Positions 11,470 through 24,648 of a stretch of DNA of 64,000 nucleotides are shown piece by piece. The translations under genes and the position numbers were made by a program. Numbering within the stretch: position 1 is the stretch's first letter; every line of letters begins with the position of its first letter. The notes beneath the pieces were generated by a model, which saw only the letters and a program-made list of their open reading frames with translations, searched no databases and had not been told where the DNA came from. Origin of the DNA: the human T2T-CHM13v2.0 reference genome, Homo sapiens; the NCBI RefSeq assembly GCF_009914755.1, contig NC_060932.1; one strand, written 5' to 3'.

Positions 11470-12390
11470 TCCCTTTTACAACTACTTTTGAATAAGAAGA
11501 AAATCAAAGTAAATATTAGAACTTACTTATAAATAAAAAAAGTCAGAGGATATTATTAGACACATGAGATGCGGCCTAAACACTTGATAATAACTTCAAG
11601 GCCTAAGATAGATTTACTTGAAACAGAAAATATTGAAAACAGAATACTCAAGCATTCAATTCAATAAATCAGAAAAATGACAATAAGTACATATAAAAAA
11701 GAAAAGCAGAAAAAGGAATTTAAAAATATAAAAATATTTAATTGATTCAAACTAAAACTGGTTCTAAGTAAAATAAAAAAAAATATAGTAGGAAAACAAA
11801 TGACTGTTCAGAATATTTAAATAAAAAAGAAGGAAAAACACAAAAAGGCAACATTAGGTATTAAATGATATGTCTATGTAAAGGGAAAATTTTGTATGAA
11901 TACAAAATGTAACAAAAGCGAGTTCTGTTGATTTAGAATATTAGAGAACAATTTTCATACAAAAATTAGAAAATTAGTCAAATATTTTGAGTCAGAAAAG
12001 TCTCCATGACTAGGCAATTTCATGGTGGAATTAAATCATACCTTTAAGAACAAGTAATCCTATGTTATTAAAATTGATGTAATGTATAGGACCAAACTTA
12101 AAGTCTCTCAATGAATAGATTTAATAAAATATTAAGGGAAAAGTGAGAAAAATAAAATGAAATATAGGGAGAAAAAACCTAGAACTGAGCATATGCAATA
12201 ATTCATAGTAAAATATTAGTAAACTTAATTCAACAATTTATTAAGATTGCTACCTCATGAACAAGGAAAGTTCATCTCAATAATAAAAGAATACATCACC
12301 ATTTGTATATCTTTTCAGGTCATTTACTCAATATATTAAATAAGAAAAATGATAAAATCATCTTGATATCTACAAATATGTGAAAAAACA
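11470..12390 (+). mobile_element. Old L1M (L1ME-like) ORF2 remnant
   Basis: A-rich sense strand with L1 ORF2 motifs (AAAACTGGTTCT, AAAGTCTCCATGACTAGGCAATTTCATGGTGGAATT). Confidence 0.6.
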
Positions 12391-12479
12391 TAATAGGCCT
12401 GACTCAACTGTAATTTACATGATAACAATTATGCCTGACTAAAGCATAATCGAGTTAATAGAAGGAAGGATTTGTAGTC

Positions 12480-12742
12480 TCCATGTTACTTGACCTATCA
12501 GAGGCTGTTTTGCACTCTTTCAACCCGGAAACACTTTCACCTTTCTTCTCTCTTTCCAGGATATCATATTATTTTGGTTTTTTGACCTCTCACTGGCCTT
12601 TATGTCTTAGACTGTGATTGGCTGTTTCACTTCTTCTCAAACTCTTCAATATTAGAGTGCCCAACGATTCATTCCACGGAAATCTTATAATTCCCATCTA
12701 TTCTTACTTCCTTGGTATTCCTGTCCAATCTCATTTATTATA

Positions 12743-12784
<42 letters not shown>

Positions 12785-13025
12785 CCCTGCACTTCCAACA
12801 TGAAATCTAGACTCATATGTCCACCAGCATGCTCATCTAACAGACAAAATTAATAGTTCCACAACTGTGCTCCTAACCTACCCCCACCCCTACATTCCCA
12901 ATTCTTCTTTGCAGTGATTAGTGGCAATTACTCAGACCAAAAAATCTTGACATCATGTTACATTTTCTCTTCCTCTTAACATCCCATATGCAAATTTGTC
13001 ATCAAATCCTTTGACTCTACTTTTG
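12480..13025 (+). mobile_element. L2 fragment containing (CA)n at 12744-12782
   Basis: TTACTTGACCTATCAG, CTCTCACTGGCC, ATCAAATCCTTTGACTCTACTTTTGAA L2 motifs. Confidence 0.6.
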
Positions 13026-13039
13026 AATCATACTCTCCT

Positions 13040-13340
13040 TGACAATAATGCCTATCACATAGTAAGGATTAAATGAGCTAACACATGTAAAACATTTAGC
13101 GCGATGTTTGGCTGGGAATAAAAATAATTAAAAATAATATTCCTTGAGTTGGCCACTGTGGTAAGGTTATATTGCTTTTATCTCATCTAACAACTATAAC
13201 AGTGTAGTCATTAAAATATTAGGTGCTACTATGAACTTCATCTTGCAGATGATAAAACTAAGGCAAAGAGGGGTTAACTAAAGTTACAAGTGCCAAGATT
13301 TGAAACCAGTTATTGGACTCCAGAGCTGTAGTGTATGCTG
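13040..13340. mobile_element. Two MIR fragments in opposite orientation
   Basis: GGATTAAATGAGCTAACACATGTAAAACATTTAG (+) and CATCTTGCAGATGATAAAACTAAGGC (-). Confidence 0.6.
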
Positions 13341-13479
13341 AATGTTAGCTATTATTAAAAATCATTATCTGTCAGATGAGCCACAGAAATAATAAAATTT
13401 CAAGAAAATTGCCAGATTATATACACAACACCCAAACACCCCAAATAATAGCTTTTCCACACAAGCACAGGGGTCTATG

Positions 13480-14075
13480 ACAAAACGGAATTGAAAATCT
13501 ATAAACTTAGACAATAAAAACATTAAATGACTAACAGGAAATATGCAATGCTTATAAGGAGAAGATTGTTAAGAAATGTTTCTGAACAACACGAAAGAGG
13601 TTTAGAAAGAAATGAGAGAAGAGCCAGGCTCCTAGATAAGGGGACTCAATACTGTCAGGTTAGTGCAAAAGTAACTGTGATTTTTGCCATAAAAGTCATG
13701 GCAAAAACTGCAATTGCTTTTGCACCAACCTAACACAAAGATGTCATTCTCCAAAAATTAAATGTAACCATAATTAGCTTCCCAACAGAAATTTTTATGA
13801 AACTTCACAACGCATTATTAAGTTTATTTTGAAGACAAAATGCACGATAGGCAAAAGCCTTTCAAAAATAGCAAAAACAAAGGAATCACTCTACCAATTA
13901 GAAAAAAAAAAAAACTTCTTACAGCTAGACTTTGGGTTTCTTGCAAGTATATCAGTAGAACAGCATAGAGTTACTGGAAATAAATCTATGTATGCTTGAG
14001 AATGCAGTGTATAAGAAAGGTTGTATTTCAATTCGGTAATAAAAATATGACTATTCCAATTATGGTATTGGGGAC
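13480..14075 (+). mobile_element. Old L1M ORF2 remnant interrupted by MADE1
   Basis: GACTCAATACTGT|...|AAAGATGTCATTCTCC continues across the MADE1; further degenerate ORF2 motifs. Confidence 0.6.
13655..13733. mobile_element. MADE1 (Hsmar1-derived MITE, ~80-bp palindrome)
   Basis: TCAGGTTAGTGCAAAAGTAACTGTGATTTTTGCCAT-spacer-ATGGCAAAAACTGCAATTGCTTTTGCACCAACCTAA. Confidence 0.95.
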
Positions 14076-14087
14076 TATTGGTTTTTC

Positions 14088-14210
14088 AAAAGAAAGAAAG
14101 AAAGAAAGAAACAAGGAAGAGGAAAGGTGGGAAAGGGGGGAAGAGAAAAGGAGAGGAACAGGAGGAAGAGGGAGAAGGGCAAGAAAAGAAAGAGATAGAG
14201 GAAGAAAGGA
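14088..14210 (+). repeat. GA-rich low complexity / (AAAG)n
   Basis: Direct reading. Confidence 0.9.
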
Positions 14211-14849
14211 TCCTACCTAATACTATACATCAAACTCCAGAAAAGTTTTTACAAATCTCCCTCACTCTTTAACAATTACTTCTTTAAATTTTTTTGAACA
14301 ACCAACAATTTCATAATACAAGTTTATGATATAAAACATAAAAAGCAGAAGTCAAAAAAAAGATTATTTCATAGCACCACAGACCATGAATCCCTACCCA
14401 AACCTAACCCATATCTCCAGAAACATATTCATGAAAGTCAAGCCCAGATAAACTAATGTGGATAGAGAAAAAGCAGACAGTACATAGAGAGTGCTAGAAA
14501 AAGCTCATAAGTATTGAGCACTGTGTACACCATTGGAAGTATTCTACAGGAGAGAAAGTGCAGCTAAGAACCACGGAATTAAAATCCAGGTCTGGTTGGC
14601 ACAAATCATTTAGAAACACCTCAAAACCTCAGAAGAGACAGAACAGTCACAGTCTGCCTTTCCCTTTCCAACCACAATCTCTCTAGCAAAACAAACAGAA
14701 GAGCTAGACAGTAACTCATCAGGAATAATCAAACTAAGTAAGTGCTTCAATCATTAAAACTTCAGCATTATATAATTTTAATAAAACCAAACTCATAGAC
14801 AGTAAAAAATCGTTATAAGATAAAAGAAGATTGTAGACCAAAGGAAAAT

Positions 14850-15900
14850 TCTGAGATTCACTATTACACAAAAAAAAATATGAATTAGAGAGCGTAAGGG
14901 CAAAACTTATTTGAAAAAAAATAAATGAATGGAATCGTAGAAAAACTCTAGATGACAGTCACTTGTATTTAGAGGAATCATATAAAGAGTTAAAAATTAT
15001 TCATGAAATTATGATAGCTGTGGGGAACAAAGATGACCTAACATAAGAATTATTGCTTTCTCTGAAGTAGAAGAAACCAACGAATAAAACTGAAAAGCTA
15101 TTAAGTGGCAAAATAGGTAAAATTTCTCTGAAATGAAAAAAGTGAAATGGCAAAAATATAGCAGGCATCCAAGCAGAACATTCATGTCATCAAAAGGAGA
15201 AAAATACCAAGGTGCCCTTGGATTTCTTCCGGCAATATTCAGTGCTTGGACTTAATAGTGAAGTGTGTTCACAAATCTGAGGCAAGGAAGGCATGAACCA
15301 TTAATAACACTCCCAGAAAAGCATAAAGGCAACAGTCAGACACCCGAAGCATGAATGATTTCAAGGATTAAAAAACCAACTAGCACTGTTACAGTTCTTT
15401 CAGAATCTGTCTAGCAAATTTTCTGGCTTTTCCAGGAAAATCCCCCATGCAGGTAAATAAAACAAATCAAAACTAGCAAACAAAACTAATTAAGAATACT
15501 AGGAGGGAAGGAATGATTGGACTAATGAACTGAGAAATGGAAAATCCATAATATAAAGAAGACCACAGACGATGAGTAACTGTAGCCATTTATATGTAGA
15601 ATCAAGACCAAAGACCCGAGGCAGTTAAATTTGCAGAACTGAATGTAAATATTATGAATTCTGACAAAGTTAAAGTAATATAATTATCAACAAACTGGAA
15701 ATGAAGAGAAGTGAGGACAAACTGGAGAGCAGCTAATCATCTCCAATCACACTGCAGGGAGTTAAGAAAAGCTGTCTGAAATTAAAACATGGAGCTAATG
15801 CATTCAGCTTCTTAATGGTATTTATAATCTTTTATTCTTAACCATAAAGACAAGTTTTATTTTAAAAAGTTCTTGTGGTGAAGAAATATTTAAGTTCAGC
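14850..15900 (+). mobile_element. Very old L1 ORF1-like remnant (HAL1/L1M)
   Basis: A-rich with ORF1-like motifs (CCTAACATAAGAATTATTG, AAAATTTCTCTGAAATGAAAAA); boundaries uncertain. Confidence 0.4.
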
Positions 15901-16363
15901 CATTTCCTAATTTATTTTTATTTTTTCGATTAAATTACATATATTAATTACAGTTCACATATGTATATATTTTATCCTTTTATTTGTGCAAATATATAAT
16001 TATATACCGGTGATATGTTCATGAAATGTTAACAGTATTTTTTTTTCTGAGTGTAAAGACTTTGGAGTGGTTTGTGTTTCTTTAAAACTTGACTAAAGTG
16101 ATTACTGATTAATGTAAAAGCATAAACTTTATCTGCATTAAAAATCTAAATATAATATGATAATGATAACCATGATAATACAATGATTATGAAAGCCTTC
16201 AGATATCTATGTATATGAATTAGCTAGTATGAAAGAAAGAAACCTAAATAGACCAGATTTGCCGTGTTACCTGAATGAAAGAGGTAAGGAGATTAGCATG
16301 TCATGTAATCAGGAAAGACATTTGCTGTGCTCGCCTGGCCCCATGGCTTTGTGACTGAATTCT

Positions 16364-16462
16364 TTTATTATTATAATTATTATTACTATTATTATTATAT
16401 TATTATACTTTAAGTTCTAGGGTACAGGTGCACAATGTGCAAGTTTGTTACGTATGTATACA
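16364..16462 (-). mobile_element. Short L1PA (L1PA5-7-like) 3' end with (TTA)n tail and 18-bp TSD
   Basis: TTATACTTTAAGTTCTAGGGTACAGGTGCACAATGTGC; TSD GCTTTGTGACTGAATTCT (16346-16363) / GCTTTTTGTCTGAATTCT (16463-16480). Confidence 0.9.
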
Positions 16463-19400
16463 GCTTTTTGTCTGAATTCTATAAAGAATAATTGAACACA
16501 CAAGGTGCAGAACTGGTGGAACCAAGAACTGGGTTAACATCACAGTGAAAGGGACATGATGGGAAAAGCAGAGCCTTATTCACACCTCTGCTAACACGGG
16601 CATCCTGAGAACTCAAGACTGATGTGCTTAACTGTGGAGTTACTGGAATTTGAATTATCTGGTAGTAGTTCCTCTGTCACCACTTCCAGTCTGTCATGTA
16701 GGAAGCTGGGATCAGTGGCAGTGGTGAGATACCACCTCACCTAAGAGTCCTTGAACAGGAAACAAACAAACCAAGAGGGCTGTTTAGTTCGTCTCAGATA
16801 AGAGGTTCTGAAGAACTACACGATGCAAATTTTGCTGGTTAGAAGTAGTTAAATGTATGTAATTTGACAACATGACTACCTTGGACTCGTGTAACCTTGG
16901 GAAACATACTCCAATTAAGTGTTTTAAAAAGTCTGAAGATTAGGTGTCCTAAATTCCCGATATTTGAAATGTTTTGGCCTAAAGTTGGACCAAGTGCCTT
17001 GAAAAGAGATGCAGAATGTTATCATCATTACCATTTATATAAACTAGCCCAGATTACACATCTTTTGTATTGTTCTTGTCTGAATAGTATTATATATTTA
17101 ACTTCACAAATGTTCTATGAGTAATCTTCCCTGAGAATAATGTTAATTTTGAAAAATACATTGAATTCTAAGATATTTCCTGGATACACTATGATATGTT
17201 TTTCTGTTTACTTTTTTTGCTGGACTACTTGGGTTAACTTTTGAAAAGCCTGAAGAAGGGTGTGAATTGCTGAGGCTAATCATAGAACCTTAAAAGTCTG
17301 TAGATATTTAGCGATGGAGAGAGGGTGAGAGGAGCTTGTAAAGTTGGCCCAGCCCATAGTTGATTAGGTTAGGCGGCTAGATGTGTATTTATGGGTGACT
17401 GCATCTTCTGTTCAATAGACATCTCTTTATTATCTTTCCATGTGTAGGACTAAATGCCTGTACAACCACAAAGTAATTTTAAATAAGAAAATTCTGTATG
17501 TCAGAGTGAAATACTGGCTAAATTTAAAGAGAGCAACAGCATGGCATTAATAGAGGTTAAACATACACAACCACACACAGAAATCAAAATTATTCTACCC
17601 AGCATTTTTTTTCTCTCAGCTTCACTGAATCTTCCAAAGTGCCTTTTAGATTTTCTAATAGATTTCCTTACCTTAGAACTACACGAACTTTGGAATTTTA
17701 TCATAAAATTGTTGACTATATGAAAATCCGTGAAAAGATTGAAATGTGTAACAGAATTTTTAAAATTAAAAACATCACTTCTGCTTTCGTTATTGAAATG
17801 TTTGTGTTCTTCCTTAACCTAAGAGTTAAGCACTTTGATAACTTTCTACCAAACTCACTTAATAATGAACAAACTAAGGCTAAGAGAAATTGTGGCTGGC
17901 TTTATAGAAGTAAATAGTAAATGACATTCATGGACAAGTGAATCATAATGTGAGAGGTGCTTATAAAATACATTTTTCTCTTTATTTTAAATATTTATCC
18001 AACTTTTAGGTTCATAAAATAGTTCAGCCACTGTGGAAGGCAGTCTGGAGATTTCGTTCATGTTTATTTTTGAAGTGTATGTGCAGAGAATTTTCCAAGA
18101 AGTGTATGAGTCCACTCCTATTTCTGTTCTTGCACCAGATTTCCTGTCTGGCTACCAATGTGCCTGCCCATGCTTCCTAGTTATAGGGAGACAAACAATA
18201 ATGAAGGAAGACACAGGAAGGACCAGCATCAGGGCTGGGATATGAAGCGGAGCATATATTCTTCAGTCAATACAGTAGGTTTTGGAAATGCTTGTGAACA
18301 TGGAGTTAGCTTTCTCGGGGATGGAAACTAGGAAGCGCAAGTGGCTCCACCTCACGCGTTAATGCTATAATGTTAGTGGACTCCATCCTCTATGGTCCAT
18401 AGGTGGAATCCACACATACTCCTGTTTCTCAAGAGAATCCTAATTTGACACCTGTTGTTATGCTCTCAGAAATGTCCTGGCTGAGAAGATAAATTCTACA
18501 ACCTGCCTGCTGGTAGAGGGTTTCACAATCATTAAAATTTTGTTCCCACGTAGCCACTACAAATGAACCTAAGTGACTTTAGAGATAAATCATTTCTGCT
18601 GTCCCTGGACTTATCAGTAAGGAGGCATTTTCAGAGAAGTTTTGGCCTATGCTTAGTTTCACTTGCTTCCTATGTTTAGCAGTTTCTTGATTTCCATGTA
18701 TAAGTTTTCATTCCTTCAAATACTGCATTATTTAATAGTGCCAAACACAAGGACTCAGTAAATAACTGTCAAAGATGGTGACTATCAATGAAAGTAAGAC
18801 ACTAACATGTGTAACCAGGCTTTTTGTTTCCGCTTTTCACAAAAACAAAATAAAGCAAAAGAACTAAACTTTTCATTTTAAATTTAATTCTTTTTAAAAG
18901 TTTAATTATGTAAGGTCAGGTATTCATACATCTGTCTACTGTGTTACTTGTCTGAACGATACCCAGAAACTAAAGGAGTACCAAAATAAAATTTCTAGTA
19001 CCAGAGTAGAGTCAATACAGTATATTAGAAGCTGTATCAGTTTGCATATTTTAAAAAAGAAATTTAAAGTTAATATCCTAATTAAATGTTTTATGAGAAG
19101 CAATCCTTTGTTCTGTTTTCATTTTCATACTTAAGGAAAAATAACTTTAATACAAATTATTTAAATTATGGCTCACTATGCAACCCATTTGCTAATCTTC
19201 TACATTGATTAAAATATTAAAACATTATTTTAGCCTAAAATAGACTTTCACATTTATGAAAAAAGTATAACCTTTTTTCCCACTTTTATATAACACAATT
19301 TCCATTACTTCTCTCTTAATAAACTTATTTCCACAAATACACATGGAAGAAAAATACCTCAGGGGGAATGTAATAGATATGAAAAATTCTAGTAAGTTTT

Positions 19401-20639
19401 TGATATATCCAAGAATATTTACTGCCTTCTGAGAGGTAATGTACATAAGCCAAAATGAACAAAATCTAAGCTACAATCTTAATTTTTAGCATGCTTCTAA
19501 GAGATAAAACACAGGTAGCACATGTGAACACACTCATATTTGAAGGATAAATATTCTCGCTTGTTTTACATCACGTACATCCAGAAATTAATTTCTACAT
19601 TAAAATTCTTTGTCATTTCTTTTAGAAAATGCATGTCTATTAAAGCTGATCAGATACATAGTATGTTGACTTAAAATCATTAATTCAAATCAGTGCCTTT
19701 TTGAAAAAATTATTCAAGACATATCAAATGCCCCCTTGGGATTTACTGTAACTTTATATTTTAATTTCCAGTGAAAATAGAGAGGCACATTTTATAGAGT
19801 AGAAAAGCTACACTGCAGGTTAGTTCAAAATGGTTCTCTAAGATTTGTCGGGTTGAAACTAACCTCCACTGATTTTCAATGATGTTATCATTTTGATTTC
19901 TAAACATAGGTGTTTAGCTTAAGGAAACTAAACACATGCTGAAGAGATAAGGGGATTCTACCCTGCTATTTCAAGCTAAAACATAACCTCTAAATTATCT
20001 TTTAGAGTAAGCCAAAGCCAGTATCACATACCTTTCGAGAATGAATTTCTTTCACATACAATGGAAGTAGAAACTCAGATATACCTTCAAGTCGGATTCC
20101 CTTCTTGGTGACTCTCAGATTTCCCATACCATCCTACAAGCAATGAAATATAGTTCACTTTTAGGTTAATTGGAGAATGAATATCTGGCCATAATTTTCT
20201 TAGGCCTAAATTGAGAAAACAGTGAGCTCAAATCAGTGATGATTTAAGGAAAATGAGAGATTGAATCTACTTAATTAATGTTTGCAGCCCTTTGCATGCA
20301 TATAGAGGGCTCTATTTAAAATGAACAGGAAAAGAGGATTTAAAGGACTGTGTCTTCTTCGAGCTCTACCAGGGACTAGGATTTGCCCACGAATAAATCC
20401 TTTACTTTCTTCATGCATCAGTCAGTTCAACTATTTATTTTGTATAATGATGCTTGCTACCTGACTGTTGGAAATAACTTTGTTTGCAGAGAAATCTAGT
20501 AATATTTTTACATTACAGTTATACAAATAACTCTAAAATATTCAGAGTCACATTGATACAATAATTTTAACAAGTAATTAATGATTGTCTGATATTAGTA
20601 ACCATGATGTTCCAGTGTTCAAACCATGAGTAGGTGTCT

Positions 20640-21330
20640 GTCAGATCCTTTAGAAAAGAGCAGTTTTTGAGAAGGATAAAACAGGTACACAAATAATGCT
20701 CATGAGACAGAATAAAATTACTAAACAGAGTGCTACTGGGAATTAAAGAAAGGAGGTTTTATATCTGATAAGATAGTAAACCATTTCTCATGGAAGAGAT
20801 TGACTACGATAAAGTTGTTAAGAATGTGGAATTTCAACAGGGAAGGTCCCTGGAGGGTGGAACAAAATAAACATTCTGGCAACATTTAGATAACAGCATC
20901 TGATCTCACTAATGTATGAGATTTCTATTTTTGAATATTGGGAGAGAAAGCAATGGAGAGTACATTTTGGAGCCGGAGAAAGGAAAGCCATACATATAAT
21001 TTAAGGAGAATGTACTTAAGTCAGATTCCAAAAGAAGACACTATAAAGGTTCTTACATAGTTCAATAGCTTGAAATGATTGGAGGCAGGCTTCAAGAAGA
21101 TTAATCTGGCAGAAGTACTGTTTAGGGCTAACTGATACAGTATTACTAATAATGCATAATTGCGTAGTAGTTTGAGGAATATGGTGGAAGAAAAATTTAC
21201 AGACTTGTTGACTAATTTTATGTATAGACACAGAAAGGAAGAACTTTCAAGATTCATCCAAGGTTTCACAACTAAGCATGAATAAGAAAATATAGTGACT
21301 TTAAAAACTGAAATAGTAAAATTTGTAGGC
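20640..21330 (-). mobile_element. Degenerate L2 fragments
   Basis: Purine-rich antisense L2 motifs (AGATTAATCTGGCAG, ACAGACTTGTTGACTAATT, AAGATTCATCCAAGGTTTC). Confidence 0.5.
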
Positions 21331-21389
21331 TCAATCCCAAAGCAAATTTAGCTTTTCACTTTCTAACATTATATCTCCATTGTAAAATT

Positions 21390-21645
21390 GGTTATATATA
21401 TATAAAATCATATATAATAGATTATATATAATCATAATCATATATAATAGATATATAATCAAAATCATATATAATAGATTATATATAATCATAATCATAT
21501 ATAATAGATCATATATAATCACATATAGTTGATTATATATAATATATAGTTGATCATGTATATAATCACATATAATCAATGATATATAATCATATTTTAA
21601 TTATAGGACAATACATAATCATATATAATTATATATACATATCTG

Positions 21646-21720
<75 letters not shown>
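21390..21720. repeat. AT-rich degenerate (TATATAATC/ATAATC)n tandem followed by (AC)~18(TA)~17
   Basis: Direct reading. Confidence 0.95.
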
Positions 21721-21722
<2 letters not shown>

Positions 21723-21755
21723 ACCAGCACATCCACAGAAAGGGATGAGGACGTG

Positions 21756-22037
21756 GGCCCGGCGCGGTGGCTCATGCCTGTAAAATCCCAGTACTTCGGA
21801 ACGTAGAGGCGGGCGGATCACGACGTCAGGAGATCAAGACCATTCTGGCTAACACGGTGAAACCCTGTCTCTACTAAAAATACAAAAAATTAGCCGGGCT
21901 TGGTGGCGGGCGCCTGTAGTCCCAGGTACTCGGAAGGCTGAGGCAGGAGAATGGCACGAACCCGGGAGGCGGAGCCACAAATGAGCCGAGATCGCTCCAC
22001 TGAACTCCAGCCTGGGCGAAAGAGTGAGACTCCGTCT

Positions 22038-22069
<32 letters not shown>
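21756..22069 (+). mobile_element. AluY with A31 tail and 12-bp TSD
   Basis: Y diagnostics (CTGGCTAACACGGTG, GAGAATGGC); TSD GATGAGGACGTG at 21744-21755 and 22070-22081. Confidence 0.97.
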
Positions 22070-22071
<2 letters not shown>

Positions 22072-22661
22072 TGAGGACGTGTCAAGAAATACTTGAATCT
22101 GTCACTACGGATAAGCAAGCCCAACGTAGACAGATGTATATAAAACCAAGGATAAATTCTTGGATGATGTCAATGGGTTGGGAAAATATCTTTTATGTGT
22201 TCAGGGATGTTGTGATCAGTATCAGACGAAAGTTGAGGGAATATAATGGCCTAACCCCTCCAAAAGAGAAAGCCATTGAGGTAGAATTATATAACATTAT
22301 GATATCAGCAACAGAAAATACGTTATAGAAAAATTTTGAAGAGAGAAAAAAATGAATAGGATTTAACTAAGAATTGAAGGACTCTTTAAATTTTTTAAAA
22401 AGCCAGACTAAAGGATAATGACCACAGAGTAAGAGGGACATTTGGAGGTGACGAGGTCTGGATTGCCCCATAGAAGGAGAAAGTAAGAGATTTGGGTTAA
22501 ATTAAAATTAGGATGAGAGTGAAGAAATTTGTTCCTTGAGGCAAGTGAAAATGTCAAAACCGATGCTGGAAATGCCTTACAGGGAACCAACCCAAAATGA
22601 ATGAACGATTTCAAGTGGAATTGAAGAGTTATTCAGATGAGAAAATACATACATTTCTGTT

Positions 22662-22784
22662 AGGATGATAATACATCCTGGTTTCTCTGAGAAAGGGCTG
22701 ATTTACACCAGTTTTATAGTATCCTCTTACATTTTCAAAAATAAAAAGTGGCTCAGATTTAGACATTCAATTACATTACCACCC
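22662..22784. mobile_element. MER81/MER94-like hAT-Blackjack MITE
   Basis: AGGATGATAATACATCCTGGTTT...AAAAGTGGCTCAGATTTAGAC...CACCC resembles the consensus termini. Confidence 0.45.
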
Positions 22785-23650
22785 ACTTACTGGCTCTAAT
22801 AAGTGTGGTTTTGCAGCACTGTAGTTATTTAAGAACAGAAACAGAATTGACAGTGAGAGAAACTCAAAAGTGAGGATTTGTTAGACAGGAATGACAGAAA
22901 GTCATAAAGATGTGGTATTCTTAAAGTGGCAAAAAAAATAGATGTTTTCAAATGACTAACCATTATTTTTCTCATTGAAGCATGACAAGGAAAGTTAGAA
23001 GTGGGGTTGGGTTACCAAAATAGTGCATAGTCAAAGAATGGCAAATGGTGATAAACTAATGATGAAGGTCAATGGATGTTAAGAAATATGGCAATTATAA
23101 TATGAAGACAGGTTTATCACCAGAAAGAGTAATTTTGGATTTGGAGATCTTGAAGTTCAGAGCATTTTCAGGCATGATAAGACTTACAGAACACCCCAGG
23201 GGTGGAGGTAGATTTAAGAAGACAGAGAATTATCTGGTATTCAGGAAACCAAGAGTATTAATTAGAACCTATAACATGACATGGGGCTTTAAAACACTAT
23301 TTTGTATAAATGGAATTTTCTGGACTAAATTTCACACAGTGACTGTCCATATATATTCTTAAATGCCTGCTGGAAGAAAATGTTCTGAAGTGCGCTCCTT
23401 AGAGTTGTTACAGAAATACCTAATTTCACTGGGAGACTATTTCAGAGCAATGGAAACTAGTTCTAACACAATTGTAATTCCCATTTCAATATTAATACTA
23501 AAAAATGTTCTGATGAGATGGCTGGAAATAAGAGGACTGGGCATCCACAGTTAAGTGTGTTATTACTTATGCTATGTGCATCTTTGATTTTGGAGTTTTC
23601 AGTCTTGAGCTTCGTGTGTTTTCTTCTTATATTTTCTACTTAATATATGA

Positions 23651-23928
<278 letters not shown>

Positions 23929-24299
23929 AGGACTGCTCTTATAACACCGTGTTGTAAATCTAATCGCACTTCACTGTGTCTATTTCTCCCTTTCTTTTTC
24001 CTGTCTTGTATGAAAAAACGAATTTTCAAGGTTTTCCATATTACCTAGATGAAATGATAAAATGTATAAAGCTGTATAACATATATTCCATATATAATCA
24101 ACCTGACTCTCACACTCAGGCATTAAGTCCAGCAACTATTTATGAGTTGATGAAATTTGCTTTTCCTTCTGCAAGAGCATTATAAATTAAATTTATTTTT
24201 AGTGTCTGATGATTTTCCTGATCCCTTCATTATCTGAAAGGGAGAAAATGATTTCTTAATTTTCTGTTCAGGAAGACATTGTTACCAGAAGGTAACAGA

Positions 24300-24520
24300 C
24301 TCTAATGTACTACACCTAGACCTTGTCTTGGTTCTGCCACTTCTTCCCTTTGTTAAGTGCCAATCACTTAACTAATCACTTTGTGTCTTAATTTTATCAT
24401 CTGTAAATGGAATGGTAACATAAGTTATGTGTCTATGATAAAGATTACATGAGGATGTAGAAAGCTTAAAATAGTGCCTAATTTATGTCAAACTACTCAA
24501 TAGTTTTAACTATTATTAAC
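24300..24520 (+). mobile_element. MIR fragment
   Basis: GGTTCTGCCACTT...TCATCTGTAAATGG...AGATTACATGAG...AAAGCTTAAAATAGTGCCT. Confidence 0.6.
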
Positions 24521-24648
24521 ATTTTACTTAAATTTTTAGTTTTTGTCTTATAAAAACTCATGTTATTTTAAGAGAAACTATCTTTGAACTTCAGTATAAT
24601 CTACACCAAATTTCATATCATTATAGTTATGATACTTTTGTTCATCAT

